A stretch of DNA of 53,500 bases, taken from positions 1 to 53,500 of the IMG/VR virus record IMGVR_UViG_3300028840_003032; one strand, written 5' to 3'. The notes beneath the pieces were generated by a model that was given only the letters and a program-made list of their open reading frames with translations, had not been told where the DNA came from and did no database searches. Source of the stretch: a virus (taxonomy: Duplodnaviria > Caudoviricetes). The translations under genes and the position numbers were made by a program. This document shows, one piece after another, positions 10,701 through 19,421 of the stretch (positions are counted from its first letter, which is position 1; each line of letters opens with the position of its first letter).

Positions 10701-11017
10701 TTCCGCAGCCTACTACATACACGCAGACGTATTCGGCATCAACGAGTACGCACGCCGCAAGGACGGCATCCGCTTTGACGGATAGCATCGGAGGTTCGGT
10801 AGGAACGACCTTGGCAGCGATTCCGGACCCAGCCGACTCCCCGGCCACGGCGGACGCTTTGAGAGACGACCTCGTGGCGAATGTCCTGCCAAAAATTCGG
10901 GATGCTCTATCTAGTTTGGCGGATCAAGTGAATAAGGGACGTGCGGATGCAATCGATTCCGCAGCGGTTCTAAACCAATTGATTGACGACGTCCAAGCTT
11001 TTGGGCTTGCAGGGTAA
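7733..11017 (+). CDS. Long tail fibre protein
   Basis: 1094 aa, G/S/T/A/D-rich. Known fibre segments include 'YQGAWNANTNTPSL', 'INEFSTDGTLSGDSDNALPTEKAVKTYVD' and 'QKIAFYGATP'. Confidence 0.8.
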   Translation: MAHVTPNRGWSTPDEYADPYWAAFTAFVDEIDADVQALFDSGHVIYQGAWNANTNTPSLASGVGTKGHYYVVSVSGSTDLDGETDWVAGDWAIFNGTAWQKVDNTQVGTTLDGAYGNFGSDPATVVVDGSEGQGDLKFDLTGAYSFDIDLGNTTGSIDGFRVYDGESTEYWRLLRKNDNAIDLEAALQNANHSLSGNFDVAASGFVSLDAGAPSNFTVDGADLTLSTTTSGDVNVSSANDIDAQAVNEASLHSFYQVNVYSASSSDALTGVYSVSGGTGVSALTTLHADQGGSSNPSDSATVQVYSRILSGSAKAYLWLGSQGGTFDTHETYLYGDDLVRVTSNSGAVDINASTSVTIDANAFTIDADNDSSITITGQKTLTIDVTGANKVDDTIFVKTTTDGGIHFESAANLLVYAANNIRIGSTPVGGSLGNISIGENNPSDNGQTVGIYSGNASAVMTLESNSGVWMNTFGVSGFWGRFTDGNAVFETIDSAGGGDVEITARGSGKYLMLRGEDRVEMHVGLGGSPMATFGSTGLTMSLGTNINEFSTDGTLSGDSDNALPTEKAVKTYVDNAVLAEDFWDRSSGVISPQTSGDSLDVTIPSGTSSIVANFDQQNTSTIANGVEITSSVIQPSLTALTGSALKVTHNGAGAAPVIEVQNNGGGPSMVLTGSSPNLGLATIDANVSQWAIAQTTVGGTRQATFQSTALALTGSTSADNLRVLVQAQRDIATAGGTEVDLVAKIDHTSASGDSKIDLRSENNGTGKSDTYLRADISNAANNSNANLYIQAATTGGGTANIDMDADNAITIDAGGGVSIDAAASSNFSTTAGNLNFIASAGTVAINAGGGRMDIDANDELEITAGNGMDIDVTGTYDMLSSGTFTIAGTGSSTITTDSGDLQLNATSGGAVKLHSYTSGIAARLGDNAGSQKFFVRDSDDANVATIDSNGVATFTGITLDAGNISTDTTTGMQIATSTSQKIAFYGATPIPQPTTYTQTYSASTSTHAARTASALTDSIGGSVGTTLAAIPDPADSPATADALRDDLVANVLPKIRDALSSLADQVNKGRADAIDSAAVLNQLIDDVQAFGLAG

Positions 11018-11064
11018 ACTCGTACATCGGCGGGATTGACCGCTCATGGCGAAAGGAAAATGAG

Positions 11065-11673
11065 ATGAAGATCACGATCAAGAAAGAGGAAATTTTCGCA
11101 GCCGAACGGGCATTGGGTATCTTGGGCGAGAAGACGCTCAAGAAGAAACTTGCCTACACGGTAGCCAAGGCCACGAGAGTTGTGGCGGCCGAAGCAAAGG
11201 ATGTTCGGTTCGCCCAGCAGATGCCGGACACCGATGAGGTCCAAGAATACGAGAAGCGGAGAAAGGCACTCGCAGCGGAACATTCCTACAAGGACGGCGA
11301 CGGGAACCCGATCATGGTCCAAGGTCGTTACCAGATTCGGGACCACGACGGGTTCGACCGAAAGTTGAACGCGTTGCGGGAGGAGATGGATGAGGCTTGG
11401 GCGTTGCTCGAAGCTCACCAGAAGGAATACGACGAACTGCTCCAGGAGGAAGTGGAGCTGGAAATTCTCGCCATCCCGTTCGATTGGCTCCCCAAGGAAA
11501 TCGAACCATCGGCGTTGGGACCGTTGGTTGAAGCCGTCACCGGTTTCGATGAGGCCGAAGACGACGATGAAGACGATGAAGACGACGATGAGGAACCCGA
11601 AGAGGCGCCCGTCAAGAAGAAGAAGCGCAAGAGCAAGGACAAGAAGAAGTCGAAGAAGCGCAAAGGGGACTAA
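11065..11673 (+). CDS. Putative tail-fibre assembly chaperone with an acidic then Lys-rich tail
   Basis: Follows the fibre gene. 'LAEHSYKDGDGNP...YQI' is typical of fibre-adjacent helical chaperones. Confidence 0.5.
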   Translation: MKITIKKEEIFAAERALGILGEKTLKKKLAYTVAKATRVVAAEAKDVRFAQQMPDTDEVQEYEKRRKALAAEHSYKDGDGNPIMVQGRYQIRDHDGFDRKLNALREEMDEAWALLEAHQKEYDELLQEEVELEILAIPFDWLPKEIEPSALGPLVEAVTGFDEAEDDDEDDEDDDEEPEEAPVKKKKRKSKDKKKSKKRKGD

Positions 11674-12969
11674 ATGTCGGTAGGATTCGGACATGCTCCA
11701 TTCGGTCATTACCCGTTCGGCCACGCGGGCGCATACGCGGGAATCCGCGATTTGGCGTACAACGAATTGGCGAACGGCGCCACCGGGCAAATGCTCGGTT
11801 ACGTGGAGCCACCGGTTGAGGATGAAGCGCTGGACCTCGACATCTACCGCTTCATCCTCAACGGCATCCGAATCGAGGACCAAAAAGACGTCCTCTTCCT
11901 CAGGAGGTATCTCCAAGGGCCGCAGCAAGTTTGGAACCGAATCCAAGAAATCATCTTCTCAATCAAGAACTTGTGGAGCACGGTCGATTGCCCCGATGAG
12001 TACCTCCAGTATCTGAAGAACATCGTCGGGTGGACCGTCGAATTAGAGCCCATCACGGACGAATTGGACGACGACACGTTGCGGCGTCTCATCGCCGTGT
12101 CGTGGGCTATCTGGAAGCAACGTGGTTCCGAAGACGCGATGATCGAAGTCTTGGAGCTGCTCGTGACGACGCGGATGCGTCTATGGAACTGGTTCGATTT
12201 CCGGTGGGTGCTAGGCGAAACGGAGTTGAGCGAAGAGCACGAAGGAACCGACCCGTGGATGATCGACCTTCCCGTGGACGGCGGCAGAGACGAGTATTAT
12301 TCCAACTTGCGAATCGTTGATGACGGATACTTGAACCGGACGTTGGTCCGGAACATCGTGAAGCTCATGCGGCCGGTCGGTGAGAGATACGAAATCTCTT
12401 ACATCGATTTCTTGGACCTCTTCCGAATAGCCGATAGCAGCCAATGGGTAATCGCGGAAGGGACCGTTGTCATCGAAGATGGTGTTGCGAAATTCTTAGA
12501 CGATACTCAACCGGAATCGATGTACACGTCTTATCTCGCCTCTGCGTCGTGGGAAGACTACGTTGCGTCATGGAGAATCAAGGGAACTACCAATGGCGCT
12601 TCGGATTCTTATGGGGCGGGATTCTATTTACAAGATGAAGACAACGGGTATGCCGTTGCGTTGAATACCATCACGCAATCGGTCACTCTTTATCGAGTCG
12701 TTGGCGGAGTCTACACGCCGTTGGTGAGCGCAAGCTACCTACTGTTTGATGACGTCTACAATACCATTCGAGTTCAAGTCACGCCGGAAGGAGCGACGAA
12801 CCGAATCAAAGTGTACGTGGACGGGAACCTCAAGATCAATACCACCAACGACGAATACACGGAGGGCAGGGTGGGCGTCTTCCATACGACGGGCGCAACG
12901 ATTCAAACGGACGAAGTTGAGATGTTCCAGCTACCGATGGACACGGAGCTGATCGACATCAACTCATAG
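11674..12969 (+). CDS. Baseplate/tail protein I-like with a C-terminal concanavalin/LamG-like beta-sandwich
   Basis: 'CPDEYLQYLKNIVGW...RRLI...WKQRGS' is the P2 gpI signature. The C-terminus has 'YNTIRVQV...IKVYVDG...GRVGV'. The N-terminus has G-x-x-PFG repeats. Confidence 0.75.
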   Translation: MSVGFGHAPFGHYPFGHAGAYAGIRDLAYNELANGATGQMLGYVEPPVEDEALDLDIYRFILNGIRIEDQKDVLFLRRYLQGPQQVWNRIQEIIFSIKNLWSTVDCPDEYLQYLKNIVGWTVELEPITDELDDDTLRRLIAVSWAIWKQRGSEDAMIEVLELLVTTRMRLWNWFDFRWVLGETELSEEHEGTDPWMIDLPVDGGRDEYYSNLRIVDDGYLNRTLVRNIVKLMRPVGERYEISYIDFLDLFRIADSSQWVIAEGTVVIEDGVAKFLDDTQPESMYTSYLASASWEDYVASWRIKGTTNGASDSYGAGFYLQDEDNGYAVALNTITQSVTLYRVVGGVYTPLVSASYLLFDDVYNTIRVQVTPEGATNRIKVYVDGNLKINTTNDEYTEGRVGVFHTTGATIQTDEVEMFQLPMDTELIDINS

Positions 12970-12978
12970 GAGCAGGGT

Positions 12979-15120
12979 ATGACGACCAACGATGTGTACG
13001 TGAACGTTTCCGCGAAACGATTGTTGGGAACCGATGATTTTGGTGACCGACTTTTGGGCTATATGATCGACGCAGTAAGGGACGCGAATGCGCGCAACTT
13101 CGACGTCGGCATGACTCACGGAATCGCGTTGGGGCTTTCGAGTCCCGGAAACGACCTCATCGACATCGACGGGACTTCCATCGCATCGGATGGTCTCGGC
13201 CATTTCCTGGACCCTGCGAATGCGACCCATGAGGACATCAATTTCGAGAACCAAACCGGGTTCGATTACTACGTGGGATTGGAATACAGCGAAGAACCTG
13301 ATGACGTTCAAATAAATCCCCGTACCGGCCAACCGGAGTACATCGGTTACAAAGAGCAGATTGGTAAGCAAGGCGACCCGGACAGTGTAGTGGACAACGG
13401 GTCGAATATTACCTTCACTATCGACGGCGTGACGGAAGCGGGAAGGACCCACGCCGGTCGCAGCGCCGTCGTCTACATGAAGACGCCTGCGGCGGGCGCC
13501 ACTACCGCTGCGGTAGCCATTGAGACGTGTACCGTCGCCTGGAGTGGAGGCGCGAACAAGATAACGACGACAGGGACACTCGGACAAACGACCGTTTCCA
13601 CGACTCCTTCGGACTATGAGGTGATCGTGCTCGGTCCAACGGTGAGTAGAGGAACGGACCTGCGGAGTGTTTCGGGAGTCGCTTTCATCGGTATCGTCAC
13701 GGGCAACGGACCGGGCGCGACACCGACCGTGTTCGATACCGATGATCAGAAAGTGGTCCCGCAATCATGGGCGTCCGTGCTCGCAGACGGACTCTCCCAG
13801 GACTTCTACCCAAGCGCGGACGCTACCTACAAGTTGGGGACATCGTCGCTACGATGGTCGGAGATACACACGGCCGATTTGCTCGTCAGCAACTCGTTCC
13901 TCCCCGCAACGGATGATGCGGTTGATTTGGGTTCCACGACCGGACCGAAGCGATGGAGGGATTTGCACCTCTCAAGAGATGCCGTCATCGAAGGAACGGC
14001 GACGATCACGAAGCTCGATGTAAGCACGGCCGCGTCCGAAGGCATTGTGAGTCACCTGTATCCCGATGCGGATGATACCTACGACATCGGAGGCGGTGGA
14101 CGTCGTTGGGCAAACATCTACATCGCCGGTAACTACACCGGCCAAGGGAAAATCACGGTCACCATCGCAAGTCCTTCCACCGCGTCCGCTATCCAAGGGG
14201 AATCAAGAGGGCAAGGCAGCGGCGGATTCTTCCGAGGCGGCGATGGGACCGTTACTTCGACTGCGGGCGGCAAAGGCGTGTACTCATTCGGCGGGGATGC
14301 CGATAGCGGGAATCAAGCCGGTGTCGGAGTTGAAGGATGGGGAGGCGCAGCCGATACTACGCTCAAGTGCGGCAACGGAGTCTCCGGGAAGGGCGGCAAT
14401 TGTTCCGGTGGAGGCGGCACACAAGCCGGAATTGGCGTTGTGGGTTCGGGCGGTTCGCCCAACGGAATTGGCGTCAAGGGAACGGGCGCCGGTGGGTTAC
14501 AAGGAGGATGGTTTGCGGGCGGTTCTTCCGATGCGGATGGCGTGTATTGCTTAGGAGGCGGAAGTGTCGGAACTGGGTTGCGAGCGGACGGAGCGAACCT
14601 TGGTACAACTGGAAGCGCCGGTTCCGGCGCCGTGCTGACGGGAGGAACCGCAACGAGTGGTAGCGTACAAGGTGGCGTCGGCGTGTATGCATCGGGCGGT
14701 GATGGATACGGAACCAATCAAGCCGGTGGAGACGGTGGCGATTTCACTGGTGGTGATGCCACCGGAACGTCGCAGGGCGGAAGAGGTGTTAACGCCACGG
14801 GCGGTAATTCTCCGGGTTCCACGCAAGGCGGAATCGGCGGGAAGTTCACCGGTGGAGATTCGGTTTCGGGAAGTGGCGGATATGGAGTGCTCGCATTAGG
14901 CGGCGACGGCGCTGGCGGATTCCAAGGGACAGCAATTCTAGCGTCCAGCACGCATGAATACTGTATCATCTTGGATCCAAACGGGAACACGCGCCGCGCA
15001 CCGCTTCGATTGATTGCCGTGACCGGGACTTCTAGCCCACAGAACGGCGACATCCGTTATCTCAGCGGCAGCGGATTCGAAGGCTACCACGGAGGTGCTT
15101 GGCGAGCCTTCCACCCATAG
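12979..15120 (+). CDS. Second tail fibre / receptor-binding protein with a glycine-rich C-terminus
   Basis: Three 'P-x-x-D-x-x-x-x-[LI]G...RW' fibre repeats, then about 300 aa of G-x-G-x-GG repeats. Confidence 0.8.
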   Translation: MTTNDVYVNVSAKRLLGTDDFGDRLLGYMIDAVRDANARNFDVGMTHGIALGLSSPGNDLIDIDGTSIASDGLGHFLDPANATHEDINFENQTGFDYYVGLEYSEEPDDVQINPRTGQPEYIGYKEQIGKQGDPDSVVDNGSNITFTIDGVTEAGRTHAGRSAVVYMKTPAAGATTAAVAIETCTVAWSGGANKITTTGTLGQTTVSTTPSDYEVIVLGPTVSRGTDLRSVSGVAFIGIVTGNGPGATPTVFDTDDQKVVPQSWASVLADGLSQDFYPSADATYKLGTSSLRWSEIHTADLLVSNSFLPATDDAVDLGSTTGPKRWRDLHLSRDAVIEGTATITKLDVSTAASEGIVSHLYPDADDTYDIGGGGRRWANIYIAGNYTGQGKITVTIASPSTASAIQGESRGQGSGGFFRGGDGTVTSTAGGKGVYSFGGDADSGNQAGVGVEGWGGAADTTLKCGNGVSGKGGNCSGGGGTQAGIGVVGSGGSPNGIGVKGTGAGGLQGGWFAGGSSDADGVYCLGGGSVGTGLRADGANLGTTGSAGSGAVLTGGTATSGSVQGGVGVYASGGDGYGTNQAGGDGGDFTGGDATGTSQGGRGVNATGGNSPGSTQGGIGGKFTGGDSVSGSGGYGVLALGGDGAGGFQGTAILASSTHEYCIILDPNGNTRRAPLRLIAVTGTSSPQNGDIRYLSGSGFEGYHGGAWRAFHP

Positions 15121-15129
15121 GAGGTAAGA

Positions 15130-15468
15130 ATGGAAGAATCAATCTTCAGTACCATCGTCACGAAGGAGATGGCAATGCTCGCAGCGGGCGCCATCGCCGT
15201 GATGCTCATCATCGGCCGCATTCCGTTGAAAGCCGGGAGACGCATCCTCAACGAGACGAAAGTTTGGCAGGACTGGGGCTCATTCATTCTGGTAGCGGTT
15301 TGCCTCGCAGGAGCGTTCGCCCCAGGCGTCTCGAAAATTCCGTACTCAGATTGGGGAAGCATCGTCACCTTCGGACTCGTCTCATCAATGGTCGCGCATT
15401 TGGGACGCAAGCTCTTAGCGCCCATCATCTTGCGTCGCCTGGAAGGGAAACTACCACCGAAGGAGTGA
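15130..15468 (+). CDS. Holin-like membrane protein
   Basis: 112 aa with three hydrophobic segments and a basic C-terminus, located after the tail genes. Confidence 0.6.
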   Translation: MEESIFSTIVTKEMAMLAAGAIAVMLIIGRIPLKAGRRILNETKVWQDWGSFILVAVCLAGAFAPGVSKIPYSDWGSIVTFGLVSSMVAHLGRKLLAPIILRRLEGKLPPKE

Positions 15469-15471
15469 CCC

Positions 15472-15855
15472 GTGTTCAATCCGAGTAGCATTTGGGGATG
15501 GTATCAAGACCGTCCGAAATGGATCAAATGGGTCCTCATCGTCTTCGTGATCGTCGCAATCGCCATCGCGGCGATTTGGGTCGCAATTTCAAAAGGGGCA
15601 ATCGGGGAATCCGGAGAAATCGACCCGGTGAAGGTAGCGAAGGACGGTTCAGAGAAGTTCTTTTGGCAGCGGTGGAACGCAGCGAGGAAACGAGACGCAG
15701 AAGCGGCCAAGCGGATTGAGCGAGAAGAAGCCGTGAGGGACGAATTGAAAGAGGAGAGGGAAGATGCGGCAAAGGAAAATGAAGACGCTCATCGCGCTAT
15801 TGACGACGCTGATAGCATCGATGCTGTGGACGACGCCATTAGCAGCCGACGATAA
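15472..15855 (+). CDS. i-spanin (Rz)-like protein
   Basis: N-terminal TM helix followed by a charged coiled-coil. Overlaps the next gene. Confidence 0.55.
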   Translation: MFNPSSIWGWYQDRPKWIKWVLIVFVIVAIAIAAIWVAISKGAIGESGEIDPVKVAKDGSEKFFWQRWNAARKRDAEAAKRIEREEAVRDELKEEREDAAKENEDAHRAIDDADSIDAVDDAISSRR

Positions 15856-16270
15856 ACCGGAGAGACCCAGCGCGCATCGTTTCGAACCCATCGGCCAGAC
15901 CATCGTTCACGAAGGCGTCGAATATAAGGCTTACACGCTTGAGGAATACAAGCGCCTCGCCCACCTCATCTTGGACTACCACCTCCTGTGGACCTATTCG
16001 TTGAGCTTGGAACTAGAAATTGAATCGTGGAAGAGGGAAAAGAAAGATTGGCAGCTGCGAGTCGAGACGTGGAAAGAATCGGCCGAAGTCCAGAAGGCAA
16101 GAGGTGACCAATTGAGTGAGACGTTCGACGCCGAACACGCGCTGCGACTCCGAATCGAGAAGCAGCAACGGACCTTGGGGTGGGTTCCGTGGGCGCTCGT
16201 GGTAGTAGAGTCCATCGCAATCGGCATCCTGGGTGTCTATTCGGGCGCCCAGATGGCCGCTACGAACTAA
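15764..16270 (+). CDS. Spanin-partner-like protein: signal peptide, coiled coil and C-terminal TM (start may be 15779)
   Basis: Overlaps the Rz-like gene in another frame. Signal MKTLIALL...PLA-ADD, C-terminal WALVVVESIAIGILGVY, no Cys. Confidence 0.5.
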   Translation: MRQRKMKTLIALLTTLIASMLWTTPLAADDKPERPSAHRFEPIGQTIVHEGVEYKAYTLEEYKRLAHLILDYHLLWTYSLSLELEIESWKREKKDWQLRVETWKESAEVQKARGDQLSETFDAEHALRLRIEKQQRTLGWVPWALVVVESIAIGILGVYSGAQMAATN

Positions 16271-16318
16271 GAACCCGCCAAATTCAGCTCCTCTCGTGAC
16301 GAGACAGTAGAATAGAGT

Positions 16319-17782
16319 GTGATTACTCTCAAACTCGACAATAGGTATGTCCGAATCGTTGGCGCAACTAGGAGCGAAATACGCAAGCTAGAACGGATCA
16401 CCAGCTACAGAGTCGCTGGGGCGTATTATTCGCCCGCCTTCCGGTCCAAGCGCTGGGACGGCCGCGAACACCTCCTGAGGTTTAGTCGCCGCAAAGGATA
16501 TCGGGCGCCGGTGGGACTCCTTGAAGACATCCTCGTGGAACTGCGCTCGCAAGGAATCAAGTACCAAATCGAAGCCAAGAGGAAGCGAAAACCCACTAAC
16601 AAAATCGACTTCGCGTGGAATTCGGAAATCGAGCTGCGCCCGTATCAGAACGAAGCCGTGGAAGCGGCCACGGGGCGACACGCATTACTCCTTGGAAGAG
16701 GCATCTTGAAGATGCCCATCAGAAGTGGCAAGACGAAGACGGCAGCGGGTATCATACACAAGATGGGACTCCGCACTCTCTTCGTCGTGAATAATCAATT
16801 GCTACTCTATCAGTCGCAAGAGGCGTTGGCGGACGCTCTTCTCACGGACGTCGGTATCATCGGAGACTCCGAATGGATAGAGCACGACGTGACCGTTGCG
16901 ACGGCCCAAACGCTCTGTCGTGCGAGAGGCGGAACCCAGGAAGTTGATGGCAAGAAAAAGAAGATTCCACGTGATCCGCGCTACAAAGCGATGCTCAAGA
17001 GATATGATCTCATTTTCTTCGACGAATGCCACCATTTGACCGGCGATTCTTGGCACGCGGCGCTGATGGACTTCGACGCTCCCTACAAAATCGGATTGAG
17101 CGCAACGGCATACCTCGATAACGCAAGCGAGTCGGAACGGGGAGTCATCTGGTTGAAGGCATGTTGCGGCAACGTTCTCATCGACATCGAGACTTCCCGG
17201 CTCATCAAGGAAGGGTACTTGGTACGGCCACTCGTGAAACTATACCCAATCACGAAACCCGACCTCACCGACCATAGGTGGAGTACTGAACTTCACAACG
17301 CGGCGATTTACGAGAATAAGCATCGCAACAAAAAGATAGCGCGATTGGTTCGCAAGTACGTCGAAAAGGGCGTGAAGGTTTTGGTCGTCACGAATCGATT
17401 GAACCAAGTCGCTGAGATCATCGAAACGTTGGATGACGTTTCCTTCGGTGTAGCAGCTTCGATAACCGGACGCGACCCGATGCCGCTTCGAAGAGAGTTG
17501 ATCGAGGAATACACGAAAGGCGGACTCATGGCGTTGGTCGGCACGGTCTTCGGGGAAGGAGTAGACATCCCGGAGATAGAATGCGTCATCAACGCGGAAG
17601 GCGGGAAGGATATCAAAGCAACGGTACAGAAGATGAGGAACCTCACGCCGCATGAAGGTAAAAAGCGGGCGGTGTTTATCGACTTCATGGACTTCACGAA
17701 CTCATACTTTGCGAAGCATAGCGCGGAACGTCTTGCGGTGTACCGTTCCGAGTCGGAGTTCAGAATCAAGCTCCTGAAATAA
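16319..17782 (+). CDS. Superfamily 2 DExH helicase (UvsW/Res-III-like)
   Basis: Q-motif LRPYQ, Walker A 'PIRSGKT', DECHH, LSAT and GEGVDIP. Confidence 0.9.
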   Translation: MITLKLDNRYVRIVGATRSEIRKLERITSYRVAGAYYSPAFRSKRWDGREHLLRFSRRKGYRAPVGLLEDILVELRSQGIKYQIEAKRKRKPTNKIDFAWNSEIELRPYQNEAVEAATGRHALLLGRGILKMPIRSGKTKTAAGIIHKMGLRTLFVVNNQLLLYQSQEALADALLTDVGIIGDSEWIEHDVTVATAQTLCRARGGTQEVDGKKKKIPRDPRYKAMLKRYDLIFFDECHHLTGDSWHAALMDFDAPYKIGLSATAYLDNASESERGVIWLKACCGNVLIDIETSRLIKEGYLVRPLVKLYPITKPDLTDHRWSTELHNAAIYENKHRNKKIARLVRKYVEKGVKVLVVTNRLNQVAEIIETLDDVSFGVAASITGRDPMPLRRELIEEYTKGGLMALVGTVFGEGVDIPEIECVINAEGGKDIKATVQKMRNLTPHEGKKRAVFIDFMDFTNSYFAKHSAERLAVYRSESEFRIKLLK

Positions 17783-17820
17783 ACCCGATGCTTTACTTCA
17801 TCGCCGGGAAAGGCTAGAAA

Positions 17821-17929
17821 GAGAATGGTTGTCGCGGCCATCTCCGGAAACTCTTATGGCGGACAGCTAGCCGGTTTGAGTGCCGACCCTCCTTGGCGCT
17901 CAACGCGACACTGGCTAGGCTAGTCCGCC
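17821..17929 (+). ncRNA. Structured leader RNA (small hairpin plus long bulged hairpin, possible pseudoknot) upstream of the replication initiator
   Basis: Stems 17858-64/17923-29, 17867-75/17910-18 and 17876-86/17893-903. Apex loop CCCUCC. The bulge region CGCGACA (17904-10) is complementary to UGUCGCG (17830-36). G-U pairs favour the + strand. Confidence 0.55.
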
Positions 17930-17942
17930 TCATGGAGTGGGA

Positions 17943-19421
17943 ATGACGTCGGTCCAAGTCGGAGAACCCATCACGATAGAAGAAGCATACGACGAACTCA
18001 CCCAGCAAGCTTTCGCGGTATGGATGCGCCTGATGACCGCGCAACCTCAGCAGCTAGTAGGACGGGCGGCCATCGCAAGGATGGTCCGTTACTCATCGTC
18101 GTATTGCGACGAGATTCTGCGCGAATTGAAACACAAGGGTTACATCAAATTTGAAAAGGCGCCTCCTGGGAAACCTAGCAAGCTCATCATCTATCGACGT
18201 GCGTTGCTATCCGGTCCTACAAGCTTCATTACTCTCACCCATTCGTTCCGATTTACGGATCAGGAGAAGTTGTGCGAAAAACCTAAGAAAAGTTTTTGTT
18301 TCTGGGGCGCCACTTCTATACCGTCGATGAAAAATGGCGTTCGGAAGAAGTGCGCGCATTTACCCGATGAAAGCTCTGGAAAACTGAGCCACTTCTCCGC
18401 ATCCTCAAACGCCGGTGACGAGGACGAAAAAATGTGTAAAATGGATTCGCCCAACGGAAAGGCGGGAAAGAAGCGGAAATCACGCCGCAAGAAATCTTCC
18501 CGAAAGAAACCCGCAAATCAAAAAGCAGGGAAGAAAACCACCATCGGTATCGTCGGTGAGAAGCTCCCGAAGACGCGTGTGAAAGCGGCGAAAGAACCGG
18601 ACGAACTGGACGCATCAAAGCACGACCGGCCGGAAGGTAGTGAAGGCGAAAATCCAAGTGCGGCTATAAATAAGGGCGTATCTCTTACCAAGTTTAGGGA
18701 GAAGTTCAACGAGATAAAAAAAGAGAGAAGCGACCGGGGGAAGAAATCGAAGATTCGTGCTCGTGGTCCGTTGCGGAAAGTCGATTGGGAAAAGCTCGAT
18801 CAACGCGGCTCACCCACTATCTCTTTCACGCCCAGCGACGAAAAACGGGAAGTGATGATTTCAATTCTGGAGCGTTCCGACCGGGACTCAAAGAAGAAAG
18901 CGTTGGTGAAGAAGCTCGCATCGGAGTTCGGGCGCATCTACTCGCGTTACAGACGGATGCTCCAGAAGAAGAGAGGAAGCAAGCCCACTTATCTCTTGCC
19001 GAAGCAAGAGCGCAAATACGCAGGACGCGCCGCTGAGTGGTGTATTAGAAAAAGTCTCACGCCACGCCAAGTGCTAGAATACTGGCACGCGAACATCGGA
19101 AACTTCGCGGACAATCGGATGACCATCCCTCCGTTGGTATTCCTTTCGGGACCGGCGAACATCGACACGGTAGCTTGCGCGGAGTTAGAAGAACCGAAGA
19201 AGAAAAACGCGGGACACGGATTCAGCGATGAGAGAGAGTTGGATTATAGACTAAGACCGGGACTTGAGAACGCGGGATTTGAGACTCACATGTTCAACGA
19301 TAGGTACTTGCTAACTATTCAAAAGACGGCGCAAGCAATAGCGAAAGGCGCAAGGCTATTCGTAGGATCAGAAATGAAACCGTTGGTCAACTGGGCGGCA
19401 AAGAACCTCTATGCGAACTGA
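17943..19421 (+). CDS. Putative replication initiator (N-terminal wHTH, Lys-rich linker)
   Basis: 'RAAIARMVRYSSSYCDEILRELKHKGYI' HTH. Directly upstream of the DnaC-like loader, DnaB and primase. Confidence 0.6.
   Translation: MTSVQVGEPITIEEAYDELTQQAFAVWMRLMTAQPQQLVGRAAIARMVRYSSSYCDEILRELKHKGYIKFEKAPPGKPSKLIIYRRALLSGPTSFITLTHSFRFTDQEKLCEKPKKSFCFWGATSIPSMKNGVRKKCAHLPDESSGKLSHFSASSNAGDEDEKMCKMDSPNGKAGKKRKSRRKKSSRKKPANQKAGKKTTIGIVGEKLPKTRVKAAKEPDELDASKHDRPEGSEGENPSAAINKGVSLTKFREKFNEIKKERSDRGKKSKIRARGPLRKVDWEKLDQRGSPTISFTPSDEKREVMISILERSDRDSKKKALVKKLASEFGRIYSRYRRMLQKKRGSKPTYLLPKQERKYAGRAAEWCIRKSLTPRQVLEYWHANIGNFADNRMTIPPLVFLSGPANIDTVACAELEEPKKKNAGHGFSDERELDYRLRPGLENAGFETHMFNDRYLLTIQKTAQAIAKGARLFVGSEMKPLVNWAAKNLYAN

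Noticed and set aside
7733-15120. Diversity-generating retroelement or invertible fibre cassette
   Set aside because: No reverse transcriptase, invertase or TR/VR duplicate was seen in the window.
17821-17929. tRNA or known self-cleaving ribozyme
   Set aside because: No cloverleaf or T-loop (GTTCRA) and no hammerhead core (CUGAUGA/GAAA) arrangement. Kept only as an unknown structured RNA.
18240-18780. Iteron-type origin inside the initiator gene
   Set aside because: The region is A-rich, but I could not find convincing direct repeats by eye.
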